Source: Actinomycetes bacterium (GTDB taxonomy: Bacteria > Actinomycetota > Actinomycetes > S36-B12). Taken from it: a stretch of 64,000 nucleotides of DNA. The DNA lies in the NCBI GenBank assembly GCA_037130755.1, contig JBAXSI010000018.1, positions 918 through 64,917 on the forward strand, given 5' to 3'. Every line of letters begins with the position of its first letter. The stretch's first letter is position 1. Shown in pieces: positions 9,129 to 19,515 of the stretch. The position numbers and the translations under genes are program-made. Under the pieces are notes generated by a model. It searched no databases. It was not told the origin of the DNA and saw only the letters and a list, made by a program, of their open reading frames with translations.

Positions 9129-10364
9129 GTGCCGAAGCACCGCATTGGCGGCGCGCCTGCCACTGACCATCGCGCCCTGGATCGAGGCGGTGTCGCGGTG
9201 GTCGCCGGCGAGGTACAGCCACTCGCCGAGGGCCACGGGCTGCCTTACGGCGAGCGGTACGTTCATCGCGGGAAGGGCGTAGGGGATCGCATACGTCCGG
9301 ACGTGCTCCCAGTGGCTCGTGTCGACGCCGTAGAGGGTCGCCAGGTGCGTTCGGACCGCTGACTGCGTCTGCGCGTCGTCGTGCGACCCGAGGGCTGATG
9401 CGGAGACCAGCACGCGGCTGCCCGTCGCGTAGGAGCCCGCGGCGTGCGTGAGCACCACGGTGTTGATGACCGGACCGCGACGCTCGCCGTCAACCACGAG
9501 CACCGGCTGCCCGTCCGTGAGCTGCCCAGGGTCGCCGTCGGCGAGGTAGTACCAGGTCGTGACAGCACGGCCCTCCGGGATCGCTATGCCCGGAGCCAAT
9601 CGGGCTGCGGTCGGCGGATCGGTCGCGACGATGACGGTGCGCCCGGCGATGGTGCCGTCGTCGGTGGCTACCTGGCCACCGTCGACCGAGTGCGCGGAGA
9701 TCCCGAGTCGCACCGTGCCCGCGGGCAGCGCATCGTGGATCTGCTGCGGGATCGCCTGCATCCCCTGAGCAGGGACCGACGGAGCCCCCTTGACGAAGCT
9801 CGTCAGCACGAGGTCCATGAACCGGCGCGAGGTCTGGAGGCCGTCCTCGAGGAAGACGCCCGCGAGGAACGGGCGCAGCACTGTCTCGAGGAACGCGTCA
9901 TCCACCCCTGCCGAACGCAGTGCGACCTCGGCGGGGAAGTCCGTGGACGTCTCCAGCACCTTGGGCCCCGTTCGCGAGACCTGCCACGCGTACCTGGCGA
10001 ACCGCAGCTTGCCGGCCACGGTGCCCGATCGTCGGCTGAGGGCGTCCGGTGCCCACGCCGGCTGGCGGCGCGGATCGCCGAGCCGGACCGGGCCGCGAGC
10101 GGTCGCGGCGATCACGCCGGACGTGAAGGCGCGCAGCATCAGGGCGTCGTGGTCGAGGACCCGCGAGGGCTCCGGGTAGGCCGGGTTGTAGAGCTGGAAC
10201 CCGCGATCCAGCAGCAGCCCGTCGGCGCGGTCCGTTCGCACCCGCCCGCCCACGGCGTCAGAGGATTCGAGAACGACCACGTCGGCCCCGTGGATGGCCA
10301 GTTGCCGGGCCGCCGCCAGGCCGGCGAGTCCGGCGCCGATGACGACGACGTCGTGCATGGTCAT
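9105..10364 (-). CDS. FAD-dependent oxidoreductase (amine-oxidase / phytoene-desaturase-like fold)
   Basis: 419 aa with an N-terminal dinucleotide fold (VVVIGAGLAGLAAARQL...VVVLESSDAVGGR). Confidence 0.8.
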   Translation of the reverse strand: MTMHDVVVIGAGLAGLAAARQLAIHGADVVVLESSDAVGGRVRTDRADGLLLDRGFQLYNPAYPEPSRVLDHDALMLRAFTSGVIAATARGPVRLGDPRRQPAWAPDALSRRSGTVAGKLRFARYAWQVSRTGPKVLETSTDFPAEVALRSAGVDDAFLETVLRPFLAGVFLEDGLQTSRRFMDLVLTSFVKGAPSVPAQGMQAIPQQIHDALPAGTVRLGISAHSVDGGQVATDDGTIAGRTVIVATDPPTAARLAPGIAIPEGRAVTTWYYLADGDPGQLTDGQPVLVVDGERRGPVINTVVLTHAAGSYATGSRVLVSASALGSHDDAQTQSAVRTHLATLYGVDTSHWEHVRTYAIPYALPAMNVPLAVRQPVALGEWLYLAGDHRDTASIQGAMVSGRRAANAVLRHLGIPIAA

Positions 10365-11257
10365 TGATCCGCTAGGGCGGTCCGCACCGCGGACTCGATC
10401 GTCGGGTCCTGGAAGCCGAACTGCGCCTCGTCCAGGACCGCCGGCACGACACGGCTGCTGCCGAGCACCTCGCTGGAGAACTCGCCGAGGGCGGCCTTGA
10501 GTGCGAACGCGGGCGCGGGCAGGAGCGTGGGGCGGCCGAGGACCTTGCCCATGACCGAGGTGACCTCGGCGTTAGTGACGGGGTTGGGTGCGGTCAGGTT
10601 GACCGCACCTGCGAGGTGTTCCTGCTCGAGCAGGAACTGAAGCGCGCAGACCTCGTCGCGCATCGAGATGAACGACCAGTACTGGCGTCCGGAGCCGAGC
10701 TTGCCGCCCAGGCCCAGCTTGAACAGCGGGAACAGGCGCGCCCAGGCGCCGCCCTTGCCCGAGACGACCAGGCCCGTGCGGGCGTGCACCACACGGATAC
10801 CCGCTTCAGAAGCGGGGGCTGTGGCCGCCTCCCAGTCGCGGACGACGTCGGCCAGGAAGCCGGTGCCGGACGGCGTGGTCTCGTCGACGACGCGATCACC
10901 GGTGTCGCCGTACCAGCCGATGGCCGAGCCGGACACGAGCACGCGCGGCCGGGGGTCGAGGGCGGCCATCGCGGTCGCGATCGTCCGGGTGCTGTCGATG
11001 CGGCTGTCGTGGATCTGGCGCTTGTAGTCGTCGCTCCACCGGTGGTCGCCGACGCCGGCTCCGGCGAGGTTGATGACCCCGTCGATGCCCTGCAGTGCGC
11101 CAAGATCGACGGTGCCGGTCGAGGGGTCCCAGGTGATCTCGTCCGGTGCGCCGGCGGGTCGGCGCACGAGCCGGACGACGTCGTGGCCCACCGAGCGCAA
11201 GTGCGGGACCAGGGCCGTGCCGATGAGCCCGGACGAACCGGTGATGGCGACCTTCAT
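10361..11257 (-). CDS. TIGR01777/YfcH-like NAD-dependent epimerase family protein (Rv2216-type)
   Basis: Trimmed to the ATG at 11257 (MKVAITGSSGLIGTAL...), 298 aa. SDR Rossmann motif plus a DUF1731-like C-terminus. Confidence 0.8.
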   Translation of the reverse strand: MKVAITGSSGLIGTALVPHLRSVGHDVVRLVRRPAGAPDEITWDPSTGTVDLGALQGIDGVINLAGAGVGDHRWSDDYKRQIHDSRIDSTRTIATAMAALDPRPRVLVSGSAIGWYGDTGDRVVDETTPSGTGFLADVVRDWEAATAPASEAGIRVVHARTGLVVSGKGGAWARLFPLFKLGLGGKLGSGRQYWSFISMRDEVCALQFLLEQEHLAGAVNLTAPNPVTNAEVTSVMGKVLGRPTLLPAPAFALKAALGEFSSEVLGSSRVVPAVLDEAQFGFQDPTIESAVRTALADQ

Positions 11258-11385
11258 GCCCCAAGCCTCTCGTGGTTGTGCACGTCCCGCATCACGACCC
11301 ACTTCCCCCCGAGAAGCAGGGCGTGGTCGTCAAGCAGCGTTCCCAACGGCCGTTTCACGACGTTGGCCTGCTTCTCGGCGGAGGG

Positions 11386-13236
11386 TTAGAGGCCGAGCTC
11401 GGCTTCGAACGCCGCCTCTTCGAGCCGTGACTTGATCACGCCCAGGAAGCGGGCGGCGTCGGCGCCATCGACGAGTCGGTGGTCGTACGTCAGCGCGAGG
11501 TAGACCATCGACCGCACCGCGATGACGTCCTGGCCATTGTCGTCGGTGGCCACGATGGGTCGCTTGACGACCGCGCCGGTGCCCAGGATCGCGACCTGCG
11601 GCTGGTTGATGATCGGGGTGTCGAAGAGCGCGCCCCGGCTGCCGGTGTTCGTGACCGTGAAGGTGCCGCCGCTCAGCTCGTCGGGCGACAGCTTGTTGGT
11701 GCGCGTGCGATCGGCGAGGTCGGCGATCCGTCGGGCGAGCCCGGCGATGTTCAGGTCGCCGGAGTCGCGGATGACCGGTACGAGGAGGCCACGCTCGCTG
11801 TCGACGGCGATGCCGAGGTGCTCGGCGTCGTGGTAGGTGACAGCCCCCTCGGCCATGTCGAGGGTCGCGTTGACCTGCGGGAACTGCTTGAGCGCCTCGA
11901 CGGACGCCTTGCAGAAGAACGGCAGGAAGGACAGCTTGACGCCCTCGCGGGCCTCGAAGTCGGCCTTGACCCGCTTGCGCAGCGCGGCGATGCGCGAGAC
12001 GTCGACCTCGACGACGGTCGTGAGCTGCGCTGATACCTGCAGCGACTCGACCATGCGCTCGGCGATGACCCTGCGCAGGCGGCTGAGCTTGACGGTTGTG
12101 CCTCGAAGGGCCGACGCTGCCTCGGTCGCAGCGGGGCGACTGGGTGCTGCTGCGGGAGCGGCTTCGACGGGCGCCGGCGCAGCCGCCACCGGAGCGCTGG
12201 CGGCGGCCTTCGCGTCGACCGCGGCGATGACGTCCTGCTTACGGATGCGGCCGCCGACGCCGGTGCCAGTCAGGGTCGACAGGTCGATGCCGTTCTGCGC
12301 GGCCAGGCGACGGACCAGCGGGGTCACATAGGTGTCCGCGCTCGCGGACGGCCCGCCCGCGGGAGGTGCAGCAGATGCAGCAGCGGGCGCCGCGGCGGGT
12401 GCTGCAGGAGTCGGAGTAGACGCGGCAACGGCGGCAGCCACCTCGACGGCGGGCGCGTACGTCGGCTCGGGAGCGGGCGGGGGAGTGTGGACCGGTGCTG
12501 GAGCATCAGCGACCACCGGAGCCGGCGCGGGCGCCGCGGCTGCCGAGCCGACGATGCCGAGCTCACTGCCGACGGCGACGGTCTGGTCCTCGCCGACGCT
12601 GATGGCGATGAGCACGCCGGCCACGGGCGACGGGATTTCCGTGTCGACCTTGTCGGTGGACACCTCCAGAAGTGGCTCGTCGACGGCGACGGTGTCGCCC
12701 ACGGCCTTCAGCCAGCGGGTGACAGTGCCCTCCGCCACGCTCTCGCCCAGAGCGGGCATGCGAATGGGGGTCCCGCTGGACACGGTGGCGGCCGCCTCGG
12801 CAGCGGGCGCGTACGTCGGCTCGGGGGCCGGTGGCGGCGTCACCGCGGGGGCGGGCACGTCCTGCGTGACCGGTTCGGGCGCGACGTAAGCGGCGGGCTC
12901 GGGGGCCGCTGCCTGTGCGACAGCAGGCTCAGGCTCCGGTGCCGCGACCGGCCCGGGTGCGGCGCGGTTCGCGATGGCGGCCGCGGTGGCCGCCTCCTCC
13001 GGGGTCACGATCACGGCGAGCTCGGTCCCGACGGAGACCGTCTGGTCCTCGCCGACGCTGATGGCCAGGAGTACTCCTGACGCAGGCGCGGGGATCTCGG
13101 TGTCGACCTTGTCGGTCGAGACCTCGAGCAGGGGCTCATCGGCGGTGATCGTGTCGCCGACGTTCTTGAGCCAGCGGGTGACCGTGCCCTCGGTGACGCT
13201 CTCGCCCAGGGCGGGCATCGTGACGGAGACCGACAT
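11386..13236 (-). CDS. sucB: dihydrolipoamide acyl(succinyl)transferase E2 with two lipoyl domains
   Basis: 616 aa with two [17 protein letters not shown]...[10 protein letters not shown] lipoyl domains, Ala/Pro linkers, a subunit-binding domain, and the catalytic YDHRLVDG motif. Confidence 0.95.
   Translation of the reverse strand: MSVSVTMPALGESVTEGTVTRWLKNVGDTITADEPLLEVSTDKVDTEIPAPASGVLLAISVGEDQTVSVGTELAVIVTPEEAATAAAIANRAAPGPVAAPEPEPAVAQAAAPEPAAYVAPEPVTQDVPAPAVTPPPAPEPTYAPAAEAAATVSSGTPIRMPALGESVAEGTVTRWLKAVGDTVAVDEPLLEVSTDKVDTEIPSPVAGVLIAISVGEDQTVAVGSELGIVGSAAAAPAPAPVVADAPAPVHTPPPAPEPTYAPAVEVAAAVAASTPTPAAPAAAPAAASAAPPAGGPSASADTYVTPLVRRLAAQNGIDLSTLTGTGVGGRIRKQDVIAAVDAKAAASAPVAAAPAPVEAAPAAAPSRPAATEAASALRGTTVKLSRLRRVIAERMVESLQVSAQLTTVVEVDVSRIAALRKRVKADFEAREGVKLSFLPFFCKASVEALKQFPQVNATLDMAEGAVTYHDAEHLGIAVDSERGLLVPVIRDSGDLNIAGLARRIADLADRTRTNKLSPDELSGGTFTVTNTGSRGALFDTPIINQPQVAILGTGAVVKRPIVATDDNGQDVIAVRSMVYLALTYDHRLVDGADAARFLGVIKSRLEEAAFEAELGL
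12553..13218 (-). repeat. internal tandem duplication (lipoyl domain plus linker, period about 459 nt) inside sucB
   Basis: [23 protein letters not shown]... at residue 7 and [23 protein letters not shown]... at residue 160. The linker motif [12 protein letters not shown] is also duplicated. Confidence 0.85.
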
Positions 13237-13260
13237 GTTCTCTGCGCTCCTTCGGTGCTG

Positions 13261-14628
13261 TCAGGCGTGTGCGTGCAGGGGCTTGCCGGCAAGGGCGAGG
13301 TGCGCCTCGCCCAGGGCTTCGTTCTGCGTGGGGTGGGCGTGGATGAGAGTGGCGACGTCCTCCGGATGCGCCTCCCAGTTGACGATGAGCTGGGCCTCGC
13401 CGATCTGCTCGCCGATGCGCGAGCCGACCATGTGGATCCCGACGACCGGTCCGTCCTTCTGCTGCACGAGCTTGATGAAGCCCGCCGTGGCCAGGATCTG
13501 GCTCTTGCCGTTGCCGCCGAGGTTGTACTCGTAGGTCGCGACGTTGTCGCCGTACTTCTCGCGAGCCTGCACCTCGGTGAGGCCTACGCTCGCCACCTCA
13601 GGCTCGCAGTAGGTCACGCGCGGGATGTTGATGTCGGCGATGATCGCGGGGCTGAGGCCGGCGATCTCCTCGGCGACGAAGATGCCGTGCTGGAATCCGC
13701 GGTGCGCCAACTGCAGACCCGGAGTGATGTCGCCGACCGCGAAGACTCCGGGCACGTTCGTGCGCAGGCGCTCGTCGACGAGCACCCAGCCACGTTCCAT
13801 CGCGACGCCCTGATCCTCGAAGCCCATGCCCGTGGCGTTTGGACCGCGACCCACGGCCACCAGCAGGATCTCGGCGTCGAATGTCTTGCCGTCCTCGAGT
13901 GCAATGTGCACGCCGTGATCGGCCTGCGTTGCCGAGGCGAACCGGATGCCGAGGCTGAAGTTGATGCCGCGCTTGCGGAACGCGCGCTCGAGGGCCTTCG
14001 AGCAGGCCTCGTCCTCGTTCGGGACGAGGTGGGGCAGTGCCTCGACGATCGTGACCTCGGCCCCGAAGGACTTCCAGACGCTCGCGAACTCGACGCCGAT
14101 GACGCCGCCGCCCAGGACCACAACGCTCTTGGGCACGTAGTCGAGGTTCAGCGCCTGGTCGGAGGTCATGATGCGGCCGCCGATGTCGAGCCCGGGCAGG
14201 CTCTTGGCGTATGAGCCGGTCGCGAGGACGACGTTCTTGCCGGTGTAGCGCTCGCCGTTGACCTCGACGGTGTCGGGAGCGACGAGACGGCCGGCGCCCT
14301 CGACGAAGGTCACGTTGCGGCTCTTCACCAGGCCCTGCAGGCCCTTGTAGAGCCGGCCGACGACGCCGTCGCGGTACTCGTTGACCTTGGGCATGTCGAT
14401 GCCTTCGAAGGTCGCGCGGACGCCGAAAGCTTCGCTTTCCTTCGCGGAGTCGGCGATCTCCGCCGCATGCAGCAGCGCCTTGGTGGGGATGCAGCCTCGG
14501 TGCAGGCAGGTGCCGCCGAGCTTGTCCTTGTCGATCAGCACGACGGACATGCCCAGCTCCGCCGCGCGAAGGGCGCAGGCGTAGCCGCCGCTGCCACCAC
14601 CGAGGATCACGAGGTCTGCGTTGGCCAC
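13261..14628 (-). CDS. lpd: dihydrolipoyl dehydrogenase (E3)
   Basis: 455 aa with LVILGGGSGGY FAD fold and the redox-active GGTCLHRGCIPTK motif. Confidence 0.95.
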   Translation of the reverse strand: MANADLVILGGGSGGYACALRAAELGMSVVLIDKDKLGGTCLHRGCIPTKALLHAAEIADSAKESEAFGVRATFEGIDMPKVNEYRDGVVGRLYKGLQGLVKSRNVTFVEGAGRLVAPDTVEVNGERYTGKNVVLATGSYAKSLPGLDIGGRIMTSDQALNLDYVPKSVVVLGGGVIGVEFASVWKSFGAEVTIVEALPHLVPNEDEACSKALERAFRKRGINFSLGIRFASATQADHGVHIALEDGKTFDAEILLVAVGRGPNATGMGFEDQGVAMERGWVLVDERLRTNVPGVFAVGDITPGLQLAHRGFQHGIFVAEEIAGLSPAIIADINIPRVTYCEPEVASVGLTEVQAREKYGDNVATYEYNLGGNGKSQILATAGFIKLVQQKDGPVVGIHMVGSRIGEQIGEAQLIVNWEAHPEDVATLIHAHPTQNEALGEAHLALAGKPLHAHA

Positions 14629-14720
14629 TGTGGCGTACTCCTGTCCTGGGCGGTCGAGCTGGTTAGCGCGTGCGGGCTCATCCTTCCACCGACGGCGGTC
14701 GAAGGCACACGGCCCCCGAG

Positions 14721-16235
14721 CTACGCCTGGCCGGCGGCCATCTCCGCGGCCACCTGGACGAAGGTGCGGACCGCCGAACCCGTGGCGCCCTTGGGCGTGT
14801 AGCCGTAGGGCACCTTGGCATTGAAGGACGGACCGGCGATGTCGATGTGCACCCAGGCCTGGCCGGCGGGGATGAACTCCCGCAGGAAGACGCCGGCGCT
14901 GAGCATCCCGCCCTTGCCGTCGCCGATGTTGGCGATGTCCGCGGTCCCCGAGTCAAGCGTCGCGCGCAGGTCGTCTGGGAGGGGCATGGGCCACATCTCC
15001 TCGCCCGCTGCGTCCGCTGCGGCGCATACGGCCGCGCGGGCGTTGTCGTCATTGGCCATCACGCCCGCGGTTCGTAAGCCGAGCGCGATCACGGCCGCGC
15101 CGGTCAGGGTCGCGACGTCGATGATCAGGTCGGGCTTCTCCTCGGCGGCGAGCACCAGGGCGTCGGCGAGGATGAGGCGGCCCTCGGCGTCGGTGTTGAG
15201 CACCTCGACCGTGGTCCCGCCGCGGATCGTGATCACGTCGCCGGGGCGCTGTGCCTTCCCGCTGGGCATGTTCTCCGCCGAGGGCAGCCACCCAGTGACC
15301 TTGACCGACAGGCCCAGTTCGGCGATGGCCTTGACCGCCCCGAGGACGGCGGCCGCGCCGGCCATGTCGGACTTCATCTCGTCCATGCCTGCGGCGGGCT
15401 TGATCGAGATGCCGCCGGTGTCGAATGTGATGCCCTTGCCGACGAGGGCGAGGTGCGCGGTTGCGCCCTTGGGTGAGTACGACAGTCGGGTGAGGCGCGG
15501 TGGGTGGGCCGAGCCCTGGCCGACCGCGAGGATGCCACCGCACTCGTTGGCGGCGAGGTCCTTCTCGTCCCAGATGGTCACCTTCACCGGCAGGCCGGCG
15601 ACGCTGTCGCGTGCTGCCTCGGCGAGGGCGGCCGGGGGAAGAGCGTTCGGCGGGGTGTTCACCAGATCGCGCGTCAGGTTGACGGCGCCGGCCACGGCGG
15701 CGATGTCCTTGGCGGCCTGCTTCTGCTGACCGGTGGGTGCATCCGGCAGCAGCAACGTGATCGACGACACCGGTGCCTTGCGGTCCTTCTTCGACGTGTT
15801 GCGGAACTCCACGTGGTCGTATGCGGCGAGAAGTGCTGCGACGGACGCGGTCAGCAGGTCGTCGTCGCCCTCCAGCGGCAGGCAAAGGGCGATGCGTCGC
15901 GTGCCCGCCAGGGAGCGGACGGCCTCGCCGATCGAGCGCCGGACCGACTCCGGATCGGCCTGCTTCGCGGCATCGCCGAGCCCGACGCCCACCACGAGCG
16001 GCGCCTTGATCCCGTCGCCCCCGGGAACCCGAACGACGTTGCCGGGCTTGCCGGTTGCCCCGACCGCGCCGAACGCCTCGACCAGTCGCTTGCCGACGGC
16101 CGACGGCAGGCCAGGGCTGATCACGTCGACCTTCTTGCCTCGGCCTGGGGCGAGGGCTACGACGAGTGCGTCTGTCGCCGTGGCGGCGGGCTTGGTGTCG
16201 GTGAGGGCCAGCTTGGCGGTGGAAGTCGATGTCAT
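14721..16235 (-). CDS. pepA: leucyl aminopeptidase (M17)
   Basis: 504 aa with the NTDAEGRLILADAL signature and VGKGITFDTGG. Confidence 0.93.
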   Translation of the reverse strand: MTSTSTAKLALTDTKPAATATDALVVALAPGRGKKVDVISPGLPSAVGKRLVEAFGAVGATGKPGNVVRVPGGDGIKAPLVVGVGLGDAAKQADPESVRRSIGEAVRSLAGTRRIALCLPLEGDDDLLTASVAALLAAYDHVEFRNTSKKDRKAPVSSITLLLPDAPTGQQKQAAKDIAAVAGAVNLTRDLVNTPPNALPPAALAEAARDSVAGLPVKVTIWDEKDLAANECGGILAVGQGSAHPPRLTRLSYSPKGATAHLALVGKGITFDTGGISIKPAAGMDEMKSDMAGAAAVLGAVKAIAELGLSVKVTGWLPSAENMPSGKAQRPGDVITIRGGTTVEVLNTDAEGRLILADALVLAAEEKPDLIIDVATLTGAAVIALGLRTAGVMANDDNARAAVCAAADAAGEEMWPMPLPDDLRATLDSGTADIANIGDGKGGMLSAGVFLREFIPAGQAWVHIDIAGPSFNAKVPYGYTPKGATGSAVRTFVQVAAEMAAGQA

Positions 16236-16295
16236 GACGGCACCCTAATCGGCCGGTGCGTCCGCAGGGCACGCTCGACCGACTACGGTCGTCAC

Positions 16296-17414
16296 GTGAC
16301 TGAATCACCGTTGAAGCGCACCCCGCTGTACGACCGGCATGTGGAGGCGGGTGCCAAGACCGCGGACTTCGGCGGGTGGGACATGCCGATCGAGTACGAG
16401 GGCGTTGTCGCCGAGCACATCGCCGTCCGGACGGCCGTTGGCATGTTCGACGTGTCGCACATGGGCAAGGTGCGCGTGCATGGCCCGAGGGCGCTCGACT
16501 TCCTCAACGGAGTGCTCGCCAACGACCTTGAACGCATCGGCGACGGGCACGCCCAGTACTCCATGCTGTGCAATGCCGACGGCGGGGTCATCGACGACCT
16601 GATCGTCTATCGCTGGTCGCCCGACGAGATCTTCATCATCCCGAATGCCTCGAACGCCGCGACCGTGGTGGCGGCCCTTGTGGCAGCCGCTCCCGACGGC
16701 GTCATCGTCGAGGACCACCACGCCGACCACGGCATCATCGCGGTGCAGGGACCTCGAAGCGCCGAACTCATTCAGGCGATGGGACTGCCCTGGGAGCACG
16801 ACTACATGTCGATGGCTTCCGCCGAATTCGAGGGACAGCCGCTCATCGTCTGTCGCACCGGGTACACCGGGGAACACGGGTACGAACTCGTCGCACCAGT
16901 GTCGGTCTTGGTCGACCTGTGGGATGCGCTGCTCGCGACCGGTGCGGATCTCGGGGTGATGCGTGCGGGCCTGGGTGCTCGCGACACGCTCCGGACCGAG
17001 ATGGGCTATCCCTTGCACGGCCAGGACATCAGCCCGACGACCTCGCCGGTCGAAGCACTCATCGGCTGGGCGGTCGGCTGGGACAAGCCGCAGTTCGCCG
17101 GCCATGACGCGCTCGTCGCTCAACGTGCTGCGGCTCCGGTGCGACGCCTGCGCGGCCTGCTCGCGCTCGACCGCGGGATCCCGCGTCCGCACATGACCGT
17201 CCGCCGAGTCGTCGACGACGGCGATGCGCTGTCCGGCGACGTGGTCGGAGAGGTCACTAGCGGCACGTTCTCGCCGACGCTGAAGCAGGGCATCGGCCTT
17301 GCGCTGCTGGACGCGTCGATCGCGGTGGACGACGAGGTCGTCGTCGACGTGCGCGGCCGGGCGTCGCGCTTCCGGGTCGTCAAGCCGCCGTTCGTGACGC
17401 CTGGCACCCGCTGA
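16296..17414 (+). CDS. gcvT: glycine cleavage system aminomethyltransferase T
   Basis: Long ORF 15504..17414 trimmed to the in-frame GTG at 16296 (VTESPLKRTPLYDRHVEAGAKTADFGGWDMPIEY...), 372 aa. The upstream part is antisense to pepA. Confidence 0.92.
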   Translation: MTESPLKRTPLYDRHVEAGAKTADFGGWDMPIEYEGVVAEHIAVRTAVGMFDVSHMGKVRVHGPRALDFLNGVLANDLERIGDGHAQYSMLCNADGGVIDDLIVYRWSPDEIFIIPNASNAATVVAALVAAAPDGVIVEDHHADHGIIAVQGPRSAELIQAMGLPWEHDYMSMASAEFEGQPLIVCRTGYTGEHGYELVAPVSVLVDLWDALLATGADLGVMRAGLGARDTLRTEMGYPLHGQDISPTTSPVEALIGWAVGWDKPQFAGHDALVAQRAAAPVRRLRGLLALDRGIPRPHMTVRRVVDDGDALSGDVVGEVTSGTFSPTLKQGIGLALLDASIAVDDEVVVDVRGRASRFRVVKPPFVTPGTR

Positions 17415-17430
17415 CCGCCGCGGCGGTCCC

Positions 17431-17808
17431 TCAGTCCAGCGTTATCGTGATTCCGACGTGCTTTCCGCCGCCGCCGCGCAGCTCCGTCAGCCACCCGAAG
17501 ACCTTCCCCATCAACCCGTAGCGGTGCTGGACCAAGTTGGCGGTCAGGTGCGTCGTTGTCTCGTCCTGCACGCGTGCCGTTGCCGGTAGTTGTTCGCCCG
17601 TGATCCGCCCGCGCGCGTCGCATCGGGCCACCAGGACCGACGCGTTGTTGCGGATGCGCTTCGCCTTGCCGGATTCGGCCTGGGTCAGCACGAGCAGTTC
17701 GTCGTTGCGGCGAACCAGCCATACCGGCGTCGCGACGGGCGTGCCATCTCGTCGGAACGAGGTGATGGAGACGTACTTGCCCGCGCTGAGCTCATCGATC
17801 GCGCTCAT
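17431..17808 (-). CDS. PPOX-class (pyridoxamine 5'-phosphate oxidase-like) probable F420-dependent protein
   Basis: 125 aa with KYVSITSFRRDGTPVATPVW...GKAKRIRNN, typical of the split-barrel family. Confidence 0.7.
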   Translation of the reverse strand: MSAIDELSAGKYVSITSFRRDGTPVATPVWLVRRNDELLVLTQAESGKAKRIRNNASVLVARCDARGRITGEQLPATARVQDETTTHLTANLVQHRYGLMGKVFGWLTELRGGGGKHVGITITLD

Positions 17809-17861
17809 GGAGCCTCCTGTGTCGTCCCTGACGACCTGTCCGGATGCTACCCGCGAAGTGG

Positions 17862-18617
17862 CTACCGGGTGAGTAGTCGGAGCAGCGCGAGAGTGGCCTC
17901 CGAGCCGAGTCCATCATCGTCGGTGAGCGCCAGGGGCAAGCCCCGGGCCAGGTCGGTCCGCTCGACGGCCGCTCGGCGCGCGGGATCGTCCGACTGGGAG
18001 CCGCATCGCCACCACGACTTCGCGCTCAGGGTGATCCGATCCGCCACGACTGCTGCTGCGAGCTCGTCGGTCCCATCGATCAGGCATGGGGTGCGGCGCG
18101 CGGCCGCACACATGAGCACCCCCACAACGAAGGCGATCGGCAGGGCCTTCGCGCTGTCCAGGAGGGCCACCAGCTCGCCACGATGTGACGTGACGCGATT
18201 GGCGTCGTCGCGGATGCTGGTGACCTTCGCGATCCAGTCGGCATCGGTCATGCCCTCGGGCTGTGGAACCAGGGCCTGCGCATCCGAGCGGGTGAGTACG
18301 GCGATGATGGTCCGCGCGGCAATGTCATCGCGTGCGGTGACGCGTGGCACGAGGAGGTTGGCGCCGGAGTCGACCGCACTGTCGGCTGCTTGCAGGCCCG
18401 CGACCATGGCATCGCCCGCATCGAGCCAGGGTCCGCCGGCCGCGTCGACGATCGCCACGTGCGGCTCGGAGCCGCCCGCCATCGAATGCCACCAGGCCAG
18501 CAGGATCCGCAGTTCTCCTGTGACGTCGGCGGGCATCGCCTCGGTCGCCGCGGCCGGCGCCTCCATGCGCTCGGCGGCCGCGGCGATCTCGGGAGGCAGG
18601 TCGTTGGTCACGTGCAC
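17862..18617 (-). CDS. CobT-like (nicotinate-nucleotide:DMB phosphoribosyltransferase family) protein, short and apparently degenerate
   Basis: 251 aa. The C-terminal two thirds resemble CobT (LPIAFVVGVLMCAAARRTPCLIDGTDELAAAVVA ... GLGSEATLALLRLL). I cannot find the N-terminal GEMGIGNT-type motif. GTG start. Confidence 0.55.
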   Translation of the reverse strand: MHVTNDLPPEIAAAAERMEAPAAATEAMPADVTGELRILLAWWHSMAGGSEPHVAIVDAAGGPWLDAGDAMVAGLQAADSAVDSGANLLVPRVTARDDIAARTIIAVLTRSDAQALVPQPEGMTDADWIAKVTSIRDDANRVTSHRGELVALLDSAKALPIAFVVGVLMCAAARRTPCLIDGTDELAAAVVADRITLSAKSWWRCGSQSDDPARRAAVERTDLARGLPLALTDDDGLGSEATLALLRLLTR

Positions 18618-18705
18618 CCTTCGGACGATGGGGAAAGTGCGCCAAGTATGACGATTCCCGGGGGCCTTGCGATCTTCCGGAGTATGGCGACCTGCGGAGC
18701 CGGTG

Positions 18706-19515
18706 TCAGGACTGGGGGGCGAAGGCGACCGGCGCCTCGAAGGCCGCCTTGCGAGCCATGCGGCGAAGTGCCAGCAGTACTGGGCGACCGGCCACGAGGA
18801 TCAGTACGACGGCGAGCACCGCGCGCGGCACGTCGTAGCCCAGCGATGTCACGAGGCAGAACCGGAACCATGCCGCGAGATTCTCGGCGAACGGAGCACC
18901 GGCGACGAAGGAGAGCTGCGCAGGCAGGCCGGCCGAGAACGGCCAGAACCACAGGTTCATCAGGAAGCCGTAGGCCAGGCATGCGACGGCGGCATACCCG
19001 GCGAGCATCACCAGTTCGCGCCGGCCCTCGGCTCGCGGAAGGAGCCCCGCGCCGAGCCCGACCCAGGCGGCCGCGACCATCTGGAACGGCAGCCAGGGGC
19101 CGACGCCACCGGTGAGCAGCGCGGACGCGAACAGCGAGATCGACCCGAGGCAGAAGCCGAAGCCTGGACCTAGGGCCCGACCGCCGAGGATCAGGATCGC
19201 CCAGATCGGCTCGACGCCGACCGCGCCGCCGCCGAGCGGGCGCAGCGCGCAGATGACGGCGGACAGGACACCCAGCATCGCGATCGATTTGGCGTCCATG
19301 CCGCCGTCGTTGACCTGCGCGAGCACGACCAGGAGCAGCAGCGGCATCACCAAGGCGAACAGGACGGGGGCATCGGAGGAGTGGGCCGCGGCGGTCGATC
19401 CCGGCGCGGCCAGCAGTGGCCACGTGAATGCGATGATCCCGACGACCGTCACCAGGCCGATGGCCGCCTTGGACGGCAGCCCCAGCCGGACCGCGCGTCT
19501 CGTCGTGGCCGTCAT
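18706..19515 (-). CDS. ECF transporter S (substrate-capture) component
   Basis: 269 aa, polytopic and highly hydrophobic. Its ATG overlaps the ATPase stop (ATGA). Confidence 0.75.
   Translation of the reverse strand: MTATTRRAVRLGLPSKAAIGLVTVVGIIAFTWPLLAAPGSTAAAHSSDAPVLFALVMPLLLLVVLAQVNDGGMDAKSIAMLGVLSAVICALRPLGGGAVGVEPIWAILILGGRALGPGFGFCLGSISLFASALLTGGVGPWLPFQMVAAAWVGLGAGLLPRAEGRRELVMLAGYAAVACLAYGFLMNLWFWPFSAGLPAQLSFVAGAPFAENLAAWFRFCLVTSLGYDVPRAVLAVVLILVAGRPVLLALRRMARKAAFEAPVAFAPQS

Noticed and set aside
15504-16295. N-terminal 264 codons of the 636-aa ORF containing gcvT
   Set aside because: This part is antisense to pepA and has no GcvT similarity. GcvT-like sequence starts at the in-frame GTG at 16296.
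16236-16295. Glycine riboswitch upstream of gcvT
   Set aside because: The pepA-gcvT intergenic region is only about 60 nt, too short for a tandem or even a single glycine aptamer.
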